From Tubiluchus corallicola (lineage: Eukaryota; Animalia; Priapulida): a stretch of 64,000 nucleotides of DNA. Within the stretch, counting starts at the first letter, position 1; each line of letters starts with the position of its first letter. Location of the stretch: positions 248,001 through 312,000 of the forward strand of contig JAQGDQ010000265.1 in assembly GCA_030141605.1 (NCBI GenBank). Direction: 5' to 3'. A program made the translations under genes and the position numbers. Below, piece after piece: positions 20,326 to 29,975 of the stretch. The notes beneath the pieces were generated by a model that saw nothing but the letters and a program-made list of their open reading frames with translations, was not told the DNA's origin and did not search any database.

Positions 20326-20534
20326 AAACGGTTAACATTAACTTTAAAGCATTCCAAAGGTAAAACTAAATGTTTTAAGGATGGAATAAATTATTAAATT
20401 TGAGCTATTAATACTTTAATTGTGATCAAAATATACTGTAAGTAGCGTTAATGTTCGACATTCACATTGCTGCTATTTTTACAGTCTCAGCATAAATGTT
20501 ATTTCTTCATATAAGAGTGAGTATGTATAATATA

Positions 20535-22619
20535 ATGAAATGTTTTAGAGCCAGTTTGTTTATGCCGTTTTTTGTACTGGCAACGGTTACTTCATGTAGG
20601 CAGGCTGCTCCTCCTAACCCGTTTGGTCCCATTCCGTCAGAGAGGCAACTTGCGTGGCACGAGATGGAGTTTTACGCTTTTGTTCATTTTAATATGAACA
20701 CTTTTACCAATATGGAGTGGGGTTATGGTGATGAGTCGCCTGAGATCTTTAATCCGTCTGATTTGGATTGTCGCCAATGGTGTCGCATATTTAAGGAGGC
20801 TGGCATGACAGGAGTTATATTGACTGCCAAGCATCATGATGGTTTCTGTCTGTGGCCTACTAAAACAACTGAGCATTCTGTTAAGAATTCCCCCTATCGC
20901 AACGGAGAGGGTGATATAGTAGAAGAGTTGGCGGAGGCATGCAAAGAGTATGGGTTAAAGCTGGGGGTCTATCTCTCTCCCTGGGATCGTAATAGTCAGT
21001 ATTATGGTAGGCCTGAGTATATAGAAATAATGCGTGAACAGTTGCGTGAATTGCTATCCAACTATGGAGAGATTTTTGAGGTGTGGTTTGACGGGGCAAA
21101 TGGGGGGGTAGGTTATTATGGAGGGGCAAGAGAGAGAAGAGAAATAGATAGAAAGAGTTATTATGATTGGCCAAATACTTACAAGATAGTGCGAAACTTG
21201 CAGCCTAGTGCAGTTCTTTTTAGTGATGCGGGGCCTGATGTTCGTTGGATTGGCAATGAGGAGGGGTGGTCACCAGAAACAAACTGGTCACTGTTACGCA
21301 GGGATGAGGTCTGGCCGGGTTATCCACATTATAAAGAGCTACGTGAAGGGCATGATGATGGGACGCACTGGGTTCCGGCAGAGGCAGATGTATCAATAAG
21401 GCCGGGCTGGTATTATCATGAGTCGGAAGATCATAAAGTAAAAGATATTCCCTGGCTACTTAATATTTATTACAATTCGATAGGTAGAAATGCATCGCTA
21501 CTACTAAATTTCCCAGTTGATAGAAGGGGGCTTGTTCATGAGAATGATTCAGCAGCTCTTATGGGATTGGCAAAGACAATAAAAGCGGATTTTGCTCATA
21601 ATATTGCAAAGGGAAAAAGGGTAACTGCTACATCGGATAGAGGACGTGGGTATAGTGCAAAGAATGTAGTTGATGGGAATAAAAAAACATACTGGGCAAC
21701 GGATGATAATATTACCGAAGCGTCGCTGATTATAGATTTAAAGAGAGCGACAACAGTAAATCGTTTTCTGGTACAGGAGTATATTGCTTTGGGACAGAGA
21801 GTACAAGAGTTCACACTTGAAGCGATGGCCAATGGAGAGTGGGTAGAGCTGGCATCTGAAACAACTATTGGTTATAAGCGCATTTTACGGTTTGACCCGA
21901 TAACGGCTACGAAGGTGCGGTTTAGCATAAAGAGGTCTAAAGCCTGCCCTACTATATCAAATATTGAGATATATAATGCCCCCAAAGTATTGCTAGCTCC
22001 TGATATTAGCAGGGATAAGGTCGGACGTGTGAGCATGACTACTTTTGAGCGCACCAGCGAAATAAGATATACGACAGATGGTTCAGAGCCAAATGCCGGT
22101 TCTTCTCTCTATAAAGAGCCGTTTATGCAAAAAAGGAAAGGGGTGGTCAAAGCAGTTTCTTTCGATCCAGAAACCGAAGAATCAGGCCCTGTGACAACTA
22201 CTCTGTTTGATGTCTGCAAGGCCAAGTGGAAACTTCATGACACTCAAAGTAAGCATGCGAATAAGGCAATTGATGATGATCCTTCTTCAACTTATTTTAC
22301 TAATGCAGAGGATTTTCCTGTTGATATTATTGTTGATTTAGGCGAAGAGTTGGATATTGAGGGTTTTACCTATCTGCCTGATCAGAGTAGAGGTGAGAAG
22401 GGCCTTATTTTTAATTATAACTTTTATGTAAGCATGGATGGGAAAAGGTGGGGAACCCCGGTGTCTAAGGGAGAATTTTCAAATATAAAGAGTAATCCGA
22501 TATGGCAAAAGAGGCTGTTTAAGGCCGAGAGAGGGCGATTTGTCAAGCTTCGTGCTTTATCGGTAGTAGATGAAAATGGTGTAGTAGGGATAGCGGAGTT
22601 AGGGGTAGTTACTAAATAA
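20535..22619 (+). CDS. Alpha-L-fucosidase (GH29) with F5/8-type C (CBM32-like) domains, lipoprotein
   Basis: FVHFNMNTF, LTAKHHDGF, YLSPWDR, VWFDGANGG, SIRPGW; IRYTTDGSEP domain; two discoidin-like domains. ORF extends to 20496. Confidence 0.93.
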   Translation: MKCFRASLFMPFFVLATVTSCRQAAPPNPFGPIPSERQLAWHEMEFYAFVHFNMNTFTNMEWGYGDESPEIFNPSDLDCRQWCRIFKEAGMTGVILTAKHHDGFCLWPTKTTEHSVKNSPYRNGEGDIVEELAEACKEYGLKLGVYLSPWDRNSQYYGRPEYIEIMREQLRELLSNYGEIFEVWFDGANGGVGYYGGARERREIDRKSYYDWPNTYKIVRNLQPSAVLFSDAGPDVRWIGNEEGWSPETNWSLLRRDEVWPGYPHYKELREGHDDGTHWVPAEADVSIRPGWYYHESEDHKVKDIPWLLNIYYNSIGRNASLLLNFPVDRRGLVHENDSAALMGLAKTIKADFAHNIAKGKRVTATSDRGRGYSAKNVVDGNKKTYWATDDNITEASLIIDLKRATTVNRFLVQEYIALGQRVQEFTLEAMANGEWVELASETTIGYKRILRFDPITATKVRFSIKRSKACPTISNIEIYNAPKVLLAPDISRDKVGRVSMTTFERTSEIRYTTDGSEPNAGSSLYKEPFMQKRKGVVKAVSFDPETEESGPVTTTLFDVCKAKWKLHDTQSKHANKAIDDDPSSTYFTNAEDFPVDIIVDLGEELDIEGFTYLPDQSRGEKGLIFNYNFYVSMDGKRWGTPVSKGEFSNIKSNPIWQKRLFKAERGRFVKLRALSVVDENGVVGIAELGVVTK

Positions 22620-22646
22620 GGAGTTGCCTCAATATAGCAGATATTA

Positions 22647-22663
22647 AAGCCTTTGCGGGGCTT
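22647..22663 (+). terminator. Short hairpin AAGCC-tttgcgg-GGCTT downstream of GH29
   Basis: Inverted repeat followed by pyrimidine-rich sequence; the 113-bp direct repeat begins inside it. Confidence 0.4.
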
Positions 22664-22769
22664 GTCTCTCTATTAATATTTTTGTCAAAACTCTCATTTA
22701 ACTGACAAGTTAAGGTTTTTTTGACTCCTCAACGTGGAAGCCAGTAAGTTAAGCTTCTTTACATGTTTT
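22657..22769. repeat. 113-bp direct repeat (left copy) flanking IS1634
   Basis: GGGGCTTGTCTCTC...CTTTACATGTTTT, identical to 24417-24529. Confidence 0.95.
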
Positions 22770-24416
22770 CCTGTTTTGTGCACCACAACGACGCCCCAAG
22801 AATGCACTACTGATTATCAGCAAGATAGGAATTTCAAATTTGCATTTTGGGTGCTGCATGCTTAATTTTATGCATGTTTGTCCGAAAAAATAAGAATCGG
22901 AGTGGTTCTGTGAGTGTACAGATAATCTCAAAAAATCATGGTAAATATAAGGTTGTAAAAACCGTAGGTTGCGCAAAAACAAAGCGGGAAGAAGAATTGC
23001 TTTTATTGCTTGCCAACACAGAGATAGAGCGGCTTAGGGACATGCAATCGCTTTTTGTTGAACACGATGATTTGGTGGTTGAAAACTTTGTGGGCAGCAT
23101 TGCAAACAATCATTTACAAGTTGTAGGAAGTGAATTAATTTTAGGCAAAATTTATCAAGTCTTTAACTTTCCGGATGATGGGTGCTGCAATTATTTTCGC
23201 AACCTGGTATTATGTCGGTTAGTGTACCCGGGAAGCAAATTAAAAACCGTTGACTATTTTAGACAGCACCTGAATACAGATGTTAGCGTACACACTATTT
23301 ATCGTTTCCTTGACGAGCTAAATACAAGTTTAAAGCCACAAATTGAACAACTTACCTTTAAGCACACCAGGAAGCTACTAAAAGGAAAGATAAGTGTCGC
23401 ATTTTATGATATGACCACATTGTATTTTGAGGCATCAGAAGAAGATGACTACCGTATTCCCGGATTCAACAAAGATGGCAAGCATCAACAACCGCAAATA
23501 ATGATAGGTTTACTGGTGGGTAAATATGGATACCCGATTGGCTATCAAATATTCGAGGGAAACACCTCTGAAACAAAAACACTAATCCCTGTTCTGGAAG
23601 CCTTTCAAAATAAATTTAATATCGAAAGGCCTATTGTAGTTGCCGATGCAGCTTTACTCTCGCAGAAGAACATAAATGCCTTGATTGAAAACAAATACGA
23701 GTACATACTTGGAGGACGGATAAAGAATGAAAGTCAAAAAATAAAAGAAAAAATTATAGCTCTTGATATTAAAGAAAACAAGCCAGTTGAGTTGAAAAAC
23801 AAGAATGGAAGGTTGATTATCAGCTTCTCAGAAAAAAGAGCCTTCAACGATAAAAAAAACAGAGAGAAGGGCTTAAAAAGACTTGAAAAACGTGTTGCTT
23901 CCGGCAAGCTAACAAAGAATCACATAAATAATCGCGGGTATAATAAATATCTGAATCTGTCGGGGGAGATTGCCGTTAAAATCGACTACGATAAGTTCCA
24001 GTCAGATAGAGTTTGGGATGGGTTGAAGGGTTATGTAACCAATACCCATTTACCGAGAAAAGATGTTATCGGGAATTATAGTCAGTTGTGGCAAGTGGAA
24101 AAAGCTTTTCGTATATCAAAAACTGATTTACGAATACGGCCAGTTTATCACCGCTTAAAAGAACGCATTGAAGCCCATATCTGTATTTGTTTCACAGCCT
24201 ATGCCATTTACAAAGAGCTGGAAAGGTTATTGAGGGCAAATAATATTGATATCTCTGCTGAAAAAGCCTTGGAACAAATCCGGCAGATCAGGCAGCTGCA
24301 ATACACTCTGCCCAAATCGAAACAAGTCAGAACAAAAATATTACAGCCAACTGAAATGCAAAAAAAGTTGTTAAATATGAAATTATAAACTTGGGTGCTG
24401 CAATGCACAAAACAGG
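22770..24416 (+). mobile_element. IS1634-family insertion sequence, intact copy (1647 bp)
   Basis: 13-bp TIR CCTGTTTTGTGCA / TGCACAAAACAGG, single DDE transposase, long flanking direct repeats. Confidence 0.93.
22874..24388 (+). CDS. IS1634-family transposase
   Basis: MFVRKNKNRSGSVSVQI, RLVYPGSKL, FYDMTTLYFE, GFNKDGK...PQI, VVADAAL, LWQVEKAFRISKTDLRIRPVYH...RIEAHI. Confidence 0.93.
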   Translation: MFVRKNKNRSGSVSVQIISKNHGKYKVVKTVGCAKTKREEELLLLLANTEIERLRDMQSLFVEHDDLVVENFVGSIANNHLQVVGSELILGKIYQVFNFPDDGCCNYFRNLVLCRLVYPGSKLKTVDYFRQHLNTDVSVHTIYRFLDELNTSLKPQIEQLTFKHTRKLLKGKISVAFYDMTTLYFEASEEDDYRIPGFNKDGKHQQPQIMIGLLVGKYGYPIGYQIFEGNTSETKTLIPVLEAFQNKFNIERPIVVADAALLSQKNINALIENKYEYILGGRIKNESQKIKEKIIALDIKENKPVELKNKNGRLIISFSEKRAFNDKKNREKGLKRLEKRVASGKLTKNHINNRGYNKYLNLSGEIAVKIDYDKFQSDRVWDGLKGYVTNTHLPRKDVIGNYSQLWQVEKAFRISKTDLRIRPVYHRLKERIEAHICICFTAYAIYKELERLLRANNIDISAEKALEQIRQIRQLQYTLPKSKQVRTKILQPTEMQKKLLNMKL

Positions 24417-24529
24417 GGGGCTTGTCTCTCTATTAATATTTTTGTCAAAACTCTCATTTAACTGACAAGTTAAGGTTTTTTTGACTCCTCAACGTGGAAG
24501 CCAGTAAGTTAAGCTTCTTTACATGTTTT
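24417..24529. repeat. 113-bp direct repeat (right copy) flanking IS1634
   Basis: Identical to 22657-22769. Confidence 0.95.
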
Positions 24530-24576
24530 TATGCTGAAGTTTACCTTCTTTAAAAATTAAAGATGTAAATTCGCAC

Positions 24577-24781
24577 TGTATGGTGGAATTTTCCTTTTCA
24601 GGGAAATCCGTAATATGGGAATCCGGTGGCTTGTTATTTTAACAGGGAGTCCGGAGCTGTACCCGCAGCTGTAAGTCCGCCCTTTTTTGGGAAGCGGTTT
24701 TTCTATACCCTGCCACTGTCTGTAAGTTATGTAGATGGGAAGGCGCTGAAAACCGGGACGAGCCAGAAGACCTGCCATATT
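24577..24781 (+). ncRNA. Cobalamin (AdoCbl) riboswitch
   Basis: GGGAATCCGGTG...TCCGGAGCTGTACCCGCAGCTGTAAG, GCCACTG (24712), GGGAAGG (24737), B12-box AGCCAGAAGACCTGCC (24761-24776); upstream of btu genes and preceded by the promoter-like TAAATTCG. Confidence 0.92.
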
Positions 24782-24872
24782 TGCTTTAAAAAATCGAGCT
24801 TCGGGAGGTTAAGATTCGTGATAGGCTGTTAAATACATGTAGTGTTTCCGAAGGTTAAAATTAATGTAGTGT

Positions 24873-25721
24873 ATGAAAAAGAGCAGCTATTATAACATTG
24901 CTATATTCACACTTTTCGTTGTGTCATTTTTTGTTACGAGGGCTAAGGGCCAAGTTAACTGCATTGTTTCTTTGTCTCCATCATTAACAAAAAGTATATG
25001 CGTGTTGGGGTCTGAGGATAAACTTTTCGGATATACAAAGTACTGTGGGATTGTGCACCCAGACAAGGGAAGGATAGTTGCTTCAGGGATGAATGTGAGT
25101 GTAGAGAGAGTAATATCTATGAGGCCGGATGTGGTTGTTGCTTCATTGTTAACAAAACCTGAAGTTATTGCAGTACTTAAAAGTTCCGGAGTAAGGGTTG
25201 AGGTATATCCTTTGCCGAAGTCGTACAAGGAAATATGTAGTCAGTTTATTGATATAGGAAAGCTTGTTGGTGAGGAACAGCTGGCCAAAGCTATTGTTGA
25301 GAGAGAGAATATCAGGTTGAAAGAGATAAGGAGTGCCATCCCTTCGGAAGATTCTCTCAGGATATTTTTTGAGATAGGAGCGAGGCCATTGTTTACAGCT
25401 ATTCCAAACAGTTTCTCGGACGATTATATACGCTACGCTAATGGTGTAAATATAGCATCGGACTTGACAATGGGAGCTATTACACGGGAGTGGGTTTTAG
25501 TAAAAGATCCTGATGTTATTATTATCGCAGTTATGGGTGCTGCCGGGGAAGATGAGAAGTTGGAGTGGGAGAGGTATCCAAACTTGTCGGCAGTAAGAGA
25601 GAATAGGGTATTTACTATAGATACTGATGATGCTTGCAGTCCAACACCCGGGCTATTTGTGAACATGGTAGAGCAAATGGTCAATTTTATTTACCGAAAG
25701 TCAGGTGCGGCTCTTAAATAA
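24873..25721 (+). CDS. btuF: Cobalamin ABC transporter substrate-binding protein
   Basis: IVSLSPSLT, ERVISMRPDVV, DPDVIII, AVRENRVF..D....PTP; riboswitch-controlled. Confidence 0.85.
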   Translation: MKKSSYYNIAIFTLFVVSFFVTRAKGQVNCIVSLSPSLTKSICVLGSEDKLFGYTKYCGIVHPDKGRIVASGMNVSVERVISMRPDVVVASLLTKPEVIAVLKSSGVRVEVYPLPKSYKEICSQFIDIGKLVGEEQLAKAIVERENIRLKEIRSAIPSEDSLRIFFEIGARPLFTAIPNSFSDDYIRYANGVNIASDLTMGAITREWVLVKDPDVIIIAVMGAAGEDEKLEWERYPNLSAVRENRVFTIDTDDACSPTPGLFVNMVEQMVNFIYRKSGAALK

Positions 25722-25734
25722 TAAACATATTTCA

Positions 25735-26769
25735 ATGAAAAAACGTATGGGGAGAAAACGGCTTATTGTTTGGGGTGGGTGGCTTATTGCATTTTGTATT
25801 GTGTCATTTGTTGTGTTTGTACATTCGGCATCAACGGGAGAGTTAAATATTCCATTTTTCAGTATTCCGAAAATACTTATACATGGGGAGGGAAGTATGG
25901 AGTACACTATTTTAACAAAGCTTAGGCTTCCACGCATCTGTTTGGGGATGGCAGTTGGTGGAGGGTTGAGCATTGCGGGAGTAATTTTGCAGGGAGTGTA
26001 CCGAAATCCATTGGTGGAGCCATATACACTTGGTATTTCAGGAGGTGCCGGCCTGGGTGTTACATTAATCATTGTTTTAGGGTTACATCACATAATAAGT
26101 GTTTATATGTTGCCGGCAGCAGGCTTTGCCGGCTCTGTATTAGCTATTTTTTTAGTGTACGTTCTAAGCACTAAAAAGGGTGGGATAAATGCCCACAATA
26201 TGCTGCTGATTGGTGTGATGATAAGTTTTATGTCTTCTGCTATGATGATGCTTTTAATGTCCATTACCACATCTGAAAGCCTTTACAGTATAATTTTTTG
26301 GATAATGGGGTCATTGGATGAGCCCAATCCGCTACTTGTAAATAGTGTGGTTGTTATATCACTGTTGGGGCTGGCCTTTTCATATATGTTTGTGAAACCA
26401 TTAAATGCATTGAGGCTTAGTGAGAATGAAGCCCGGCATCTGGGTATAGATACAGAGAGATCGATACGTGTTCTCTTTATAGTTGCATCATTGCTTACAG
26501 GGGTGTGTGTTTCGGTAACAGGTGTTATAGGCTTTGTAGGGTTGGTTATTCCTCACCTGGTAAGGCAGCTTGTTGGTAACGACCACCGAATATTGCTGCC
26601 GGGGTCGTTTATTATTGGGGGAAGTTTTCTTGTATTATGCAATACAGTAGCTCATACTATTGTGGCACCCAATGTTTTACCTGTAGGTGTGATAACAGGT
26701 ATAGTAGGGGGTGTAGCTTTTATTGTAATGATATGCAGACACAAAATGAGTATTAACAGAAGGAGATGA
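25735..26769 (+). CDS. btuC: Cobalamin ABC transporter permease (FecCD family)
   Basis: LRLPR, RNPLVEPYTLGISGGA, GVIGFVGLVIPH, LPVGVIT. Confidence 0.9.
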   Translation: MKKRMGRKRLIVWGGWLIAFCIVSFVVFVHSASTGELNIPFFSIPKILIHGEGSMEYTILTKLRLPRICLGMAVGGGLSIAGVILQGVYRNPLVEPYTLGISGGAGLGVTLIIVLGLHHIISVYMLPAAGFAGSVLAIFLVYVLSTKKGGINAHNMLLIGVMISFMSSAMMMLLMSITTSESLYSIIFWIMGSLDEPNPLLVNSVVVISLLGLAFSYMFVKPLNALRLSENEARHLGIDTERSIRVLFIVASLLTGVCVSVTGVIGFVGLVIPHLVRQLVGNDHRILLPGSFIIGGSFLVLCNTVAHTIVAPNVLPVGVITGIVGGVAFIVMICRHKMSINRRR

Positions 26770-27581
26770 AAGGATTTTTAAATATTGAAAGTTTTACGTG
26801 CGGGTATGGGAAAGGGTTTCATATTAGTAACGTCTGTTTGTCTATTAATAGGGGAAGCTTTACTGGGATCATAGGTCCCAACGGTTCTGGAAAGACAACT
26901 CTTTTTAAGGGAGTGACCAATGAGCTAAAGGCTAAATCAGGCTCGGTAAGTATTGATGGTAAGGATTTGGGGCTTATGTCTTTTAGAGAAAGAGCCAGAA
27001 ATATAGCTGTCGTTTCTCAGTTTATTGAGCCTGCAGCTATTACAGTTACGGACTATGTTTTAATGGGAAGGATATCTTACTCCCGGAGGTTTCAGTTTTT
27101 AGAAAGAGACAGTGATTTTGATATTGCTTATAAGTATATGAAGTTGACAGGTGTTTACCAGTTAAGGGATAAGTATATGTCAGAGTTGAGCGGAGGGGAG
27201 CAGCAGTTGGCAGGAATAGCAAAGGCTCTAGCGCAGGAGCCTAGTCTGCTGCTACTTGATGAGCCAACATCTCATCTTGATATATCGCACCAGACAATGA
27301 TTCTGGATCTTATTCACAGGCTTAATACAGAATTGGAACTTACAGTATTGATGATTATACATGATCTGAATATGGCAGGAGAGTACTGTAGTTATCTTGT
27401 AATGATGAATGATGGTTGTGTACACTCTCACGGAGCTCCTGATGAGGTGTTGACCTATAAGAACATTGAGGATGTGTATAAGACAGTTGTTATAACACAG
27501 CAAAACCCGTTGTCGGGTAAGCCTGTTGTTTTTCCCATTTCAGGTAGGGTGTGTAAGCCGACGGATACACTGTCAATATAA
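26766..27581 (+). CDS. btuD: Cobalamin ABC transporter ATP-binding protein
   Basis: GPNGSGKT, LSGGEQQ, LLLLDEPTSHLD, HDLN. Confidence 0.9.
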   Translation: MKGFLNIESFTCGYGKGFHISNVCLSINRGSFTGIIGPNGSGKTTLFKGVTNELKAKSGSVSIDGKDLGLMSFRERARNIAVVSQFIEPAAITVTDYVLMGRISYSRRFQFLERDSDFDIAYKYMKLTGVYQLRDKYMSELSGGEQQLAGIAKALAQEPSLLLLDEPTSHLDISHQTMILDLIHRLNTELELTVLMIIHDLNMAGEYCSYLVMMNDGCVHSHGAPDEVLTYKNIEDVYKTVVITQQNPLSGKPVVFPISGRVCKPTDTLSI

Positions 27582-27768
27582 CTATGGTGATGAGATTTAT
27601 AACTGGCAGTTACTACATAGAGCAGCTTTTTAGGCACCGATGATCAGGTTTTGAGATTTTTTGCGGGACAAAATATTTTGGTGCAGGTTAAGGAGATGTT
27701 CGATGAGAAGCCATAGTTTGCCGGTGTGAATGAGGATTTTGAAGAAAATATTAATAAAAAGATGAGTT

Positions 27769-29961
27769 TTGCAAAGGTCTCATATTTTAACAATTAAAAT
27801 TAAGAGAAGCATTTTATATAAAGTGCATAGGTGTGCTTGGTTGTTTTTACTATTACATGCTGTTTTTGATGTAGCCGCCACCACAGGAAGCGATACACTT
27901 AAAAATTATGATATAGAGGAAGTGGTTGTAGAAGCAACCCGCATTAATAGTAAGTTGAGAAGTATTCCGCAAAAGGTGGAGGTTATTACTTCTCAGCTTA
28001 TAGAAAGTATTCCTTCTGAAAACCTCGCTGAGGCGTTAAAGCGATCTTCAAATCTTGATATTCTTCAGTATCCCGGGTTAATTGCAACTGTTGGTATGAG
28101 GGGGTTCTCTCCTGCAGCATTAACCAGAGGATATACTCTTATTCTCATCAATGGCAGTCCGGCCGGAACAACCAATATAGCATCTATTAGCATGGATAAT
28201 GTTGAGCGGGTAGAGGTTGTGAAGGGGGCATATTCTGTTTTGTACGGTTCCGATGCCATGGGTGGAGTAATAAATATTATTACTCAGCGGGGGAAAAGAG
28301 AGCCTCATGGAAGTTTTTCTTTAGAAGGAGGGAGTTTTGGTAGTTTTGGGATTAAAGCCTCTGCTGGCGGAAGTTTATCAAAGGACCTTATGTTTGCACT
28401 GGGTTTTTCACAACAAGAGCAGAGAAAGAACTATCGCATTGGGAAAAGAAATCTACTAGAAGTGTCTGCGCAGGAGGTGCTTATGCTTGATAAAAATTCG
28501 TATGGTGACATAATGCAGAACTCAGCTTTTGAGCTAAAGAGTGTAAACGGGATGCTTGATTGGCAGGTAAGCAGTTATTGGAGAGTTGGCACAGAGGTTA
28601 TGTATACCTTTGCGGAAGATGTAGGTGTCCCAGGTAATTATTGGGGAGGGTACGAGCAAACAAAGAAGGATATTGACAATCTGAATATTTATGGGCATAT
28701 TGAGCGGAAGCGTGGTAGTAATCTATTTATGCTCGCACCTTATTATACAAGGGTAGAAGATCCGAACTATTCAGATAATTCGGATGCTGGGTTTATCAAT
28801 TTTGAGAGCTGTATAACAAAGTATGGCTTTAGGCTGCAGGATAGTTTTGAACTCCCAGACATGAAAGTAGCTGTTGGAGTTGATTATGGTATTGACAGAT
28901 ATAAGTCGGAGAGATTTGGGGCAGATGGCACTCCTGAATCTCCATATGTGCCCGACAACCAAAATAGTAATGTAGGAGGCTTTATGCAGCTCACCTATTC
29001 AAACAACAGTTTTGATATAAATGGAGGGGTGCGCTATGACCATTTTTCTTACCATATAGTGCAAAGCGACTTGATGAGTGCACTGGGAGCCAGTGAGAGT
29101 TATAATACCTTTAATCCTGGGGTTGGGGTACAGTATAGGCCTTTGGAAGGGTTCAGGATACACTCTTCATTTGGAACGGCATTTGTTGTTCCTGACGCTT
29201 ATAAAGTTGCCGGTGAGTATAAGGTTTCAATGCCGGAATGGGGTTGGGAGCAATTATATGTTGGCAATCCTGCCCTGAGGCCCGAGAGGTCCCGCTCGTA
29301 CGATATAGGAGCGAAATACACTCTTGCAGGAAAGGGTCTGAGTGTTGATATAACCTGGTTTCAAACAAAACATTATGATAAAATTGTAGAGAGAGGGCTA
29401 AGTACCGGAGAGAAGACATATATTAATGCAGATGAGTCGGATATGAGTGGTATTGAAGTGGTTTCGGTTGTAAATTTGGGCTGTTTTTTTGATAATAGAT
29501 TTATATTGGAGTTATACTCAAACTGGACGTTTATGGTTAATGCAAGTGTTGTACAGACGCTGAGATCAAGTACAGAAAGAGATAGTATCGTTGTTCAGTA
29601 TATGAGACATGTCCAGCAGCTCAGTGGAAATTTTGGGATATATTACAAAAACAAAAATGGGTTTTCAACCAGGCTGCATGGTAGGTATATTGGACGCCGC
29701 CTGGGAGAGGATGATTTCAGTTATTTTCGTCCGGACATCACTCCTGGAGATTATTATACAGGGGGAGGGTATGTTGAGAGTGATATGATTTTGAGATATC
29801 CCGTATCTTTAGTTTTTGACTATTCGATAGCATACGCTTTTAACAGTAACTGGGCATTAAAGTTAGCTATCTCTAATTTACTGGACGAAAACTACGCAGA
29901 AAAAGATGGGTATAATATGCCTGGTCGACAAGTAAAAGGTTGTATAGAGTACAGGCTTTAA
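27769..29961 (+). CDS. btuB: TonB-dependent receptor, probable BtuB
   Basis: EEVVVEATR TonB box, ERVEVVKGAYSVLYGSDAMGGVINIIT plug, GNPALRPE, NLLDENY...GYNMPGR; in the B12 operon. Confidence 0.8.
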   Translation: MQRSHILTIKIKRSILYKVHRCAWLFLLLHAVFDVAATTGSDTLKNYDIEEVVVEATRINSKLRSIPQKVEVITSQLIESIPSENLAEALKRSSNLDILQYPGLIATVGMRGFSPAALTRGYTLILINGSPAGTTNIASISMDNVERVEVVKGAYSVLYGSDAMGGVINIITQRGKREPHGSFSLEGGSFGSFGIKASAGGSLSKDLMFALGFSQQEQRKNYRIGKRNLLEVSAQEVLMLDKNSYGDIMQNSAFELKSVNGMLDWQVSSYWRVGTEVMYTFAEDVGVPGNYWGGYEQTKKDIDNLNIYGHIERKRGSNLFMLAPYYTRVEDPNYSDNSDAGFINFESCITKYGFRLQDSFELPDMKVAVGVDYGIDRYKSERFGADGTPESPYVPDNQNSNVGGFMQLTYSNNSFDINGGVRYDHFSYHIVQSDLMSALGASESYNTFNPGVGVQYRPLEGFRIHSSFGTAFVVPDAYKVAGEYKVSMPEWGWEQLYVGNPALRPERSRSYDIGAKYTLAGKGLSVDITWFQTKHYDKIVERGLSTGEKTYINADESDMSGIEVVSVVNLGCFFDNRFILELYSNWTFMVNASVVQTLRSSTERDSIVVQYMRHVQQLSGNFGIYYKNKNGFSTRLHGRYIGRRLGEDDFSYFRPDITPGDYYTGGGYVESDMILRYPVSLVFDYSIAYAFNSNWALKLAISNLLDENYAEKDGYNMPGRQVKGCIEYRL

Positions 29962-29975
29962 GTTATCGGTTCAAG

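Noticed and set aside
27582-27768. Possible decayed gene between btuD and btuB
   Set aside because: Translations give no motif I can assign with confidence.
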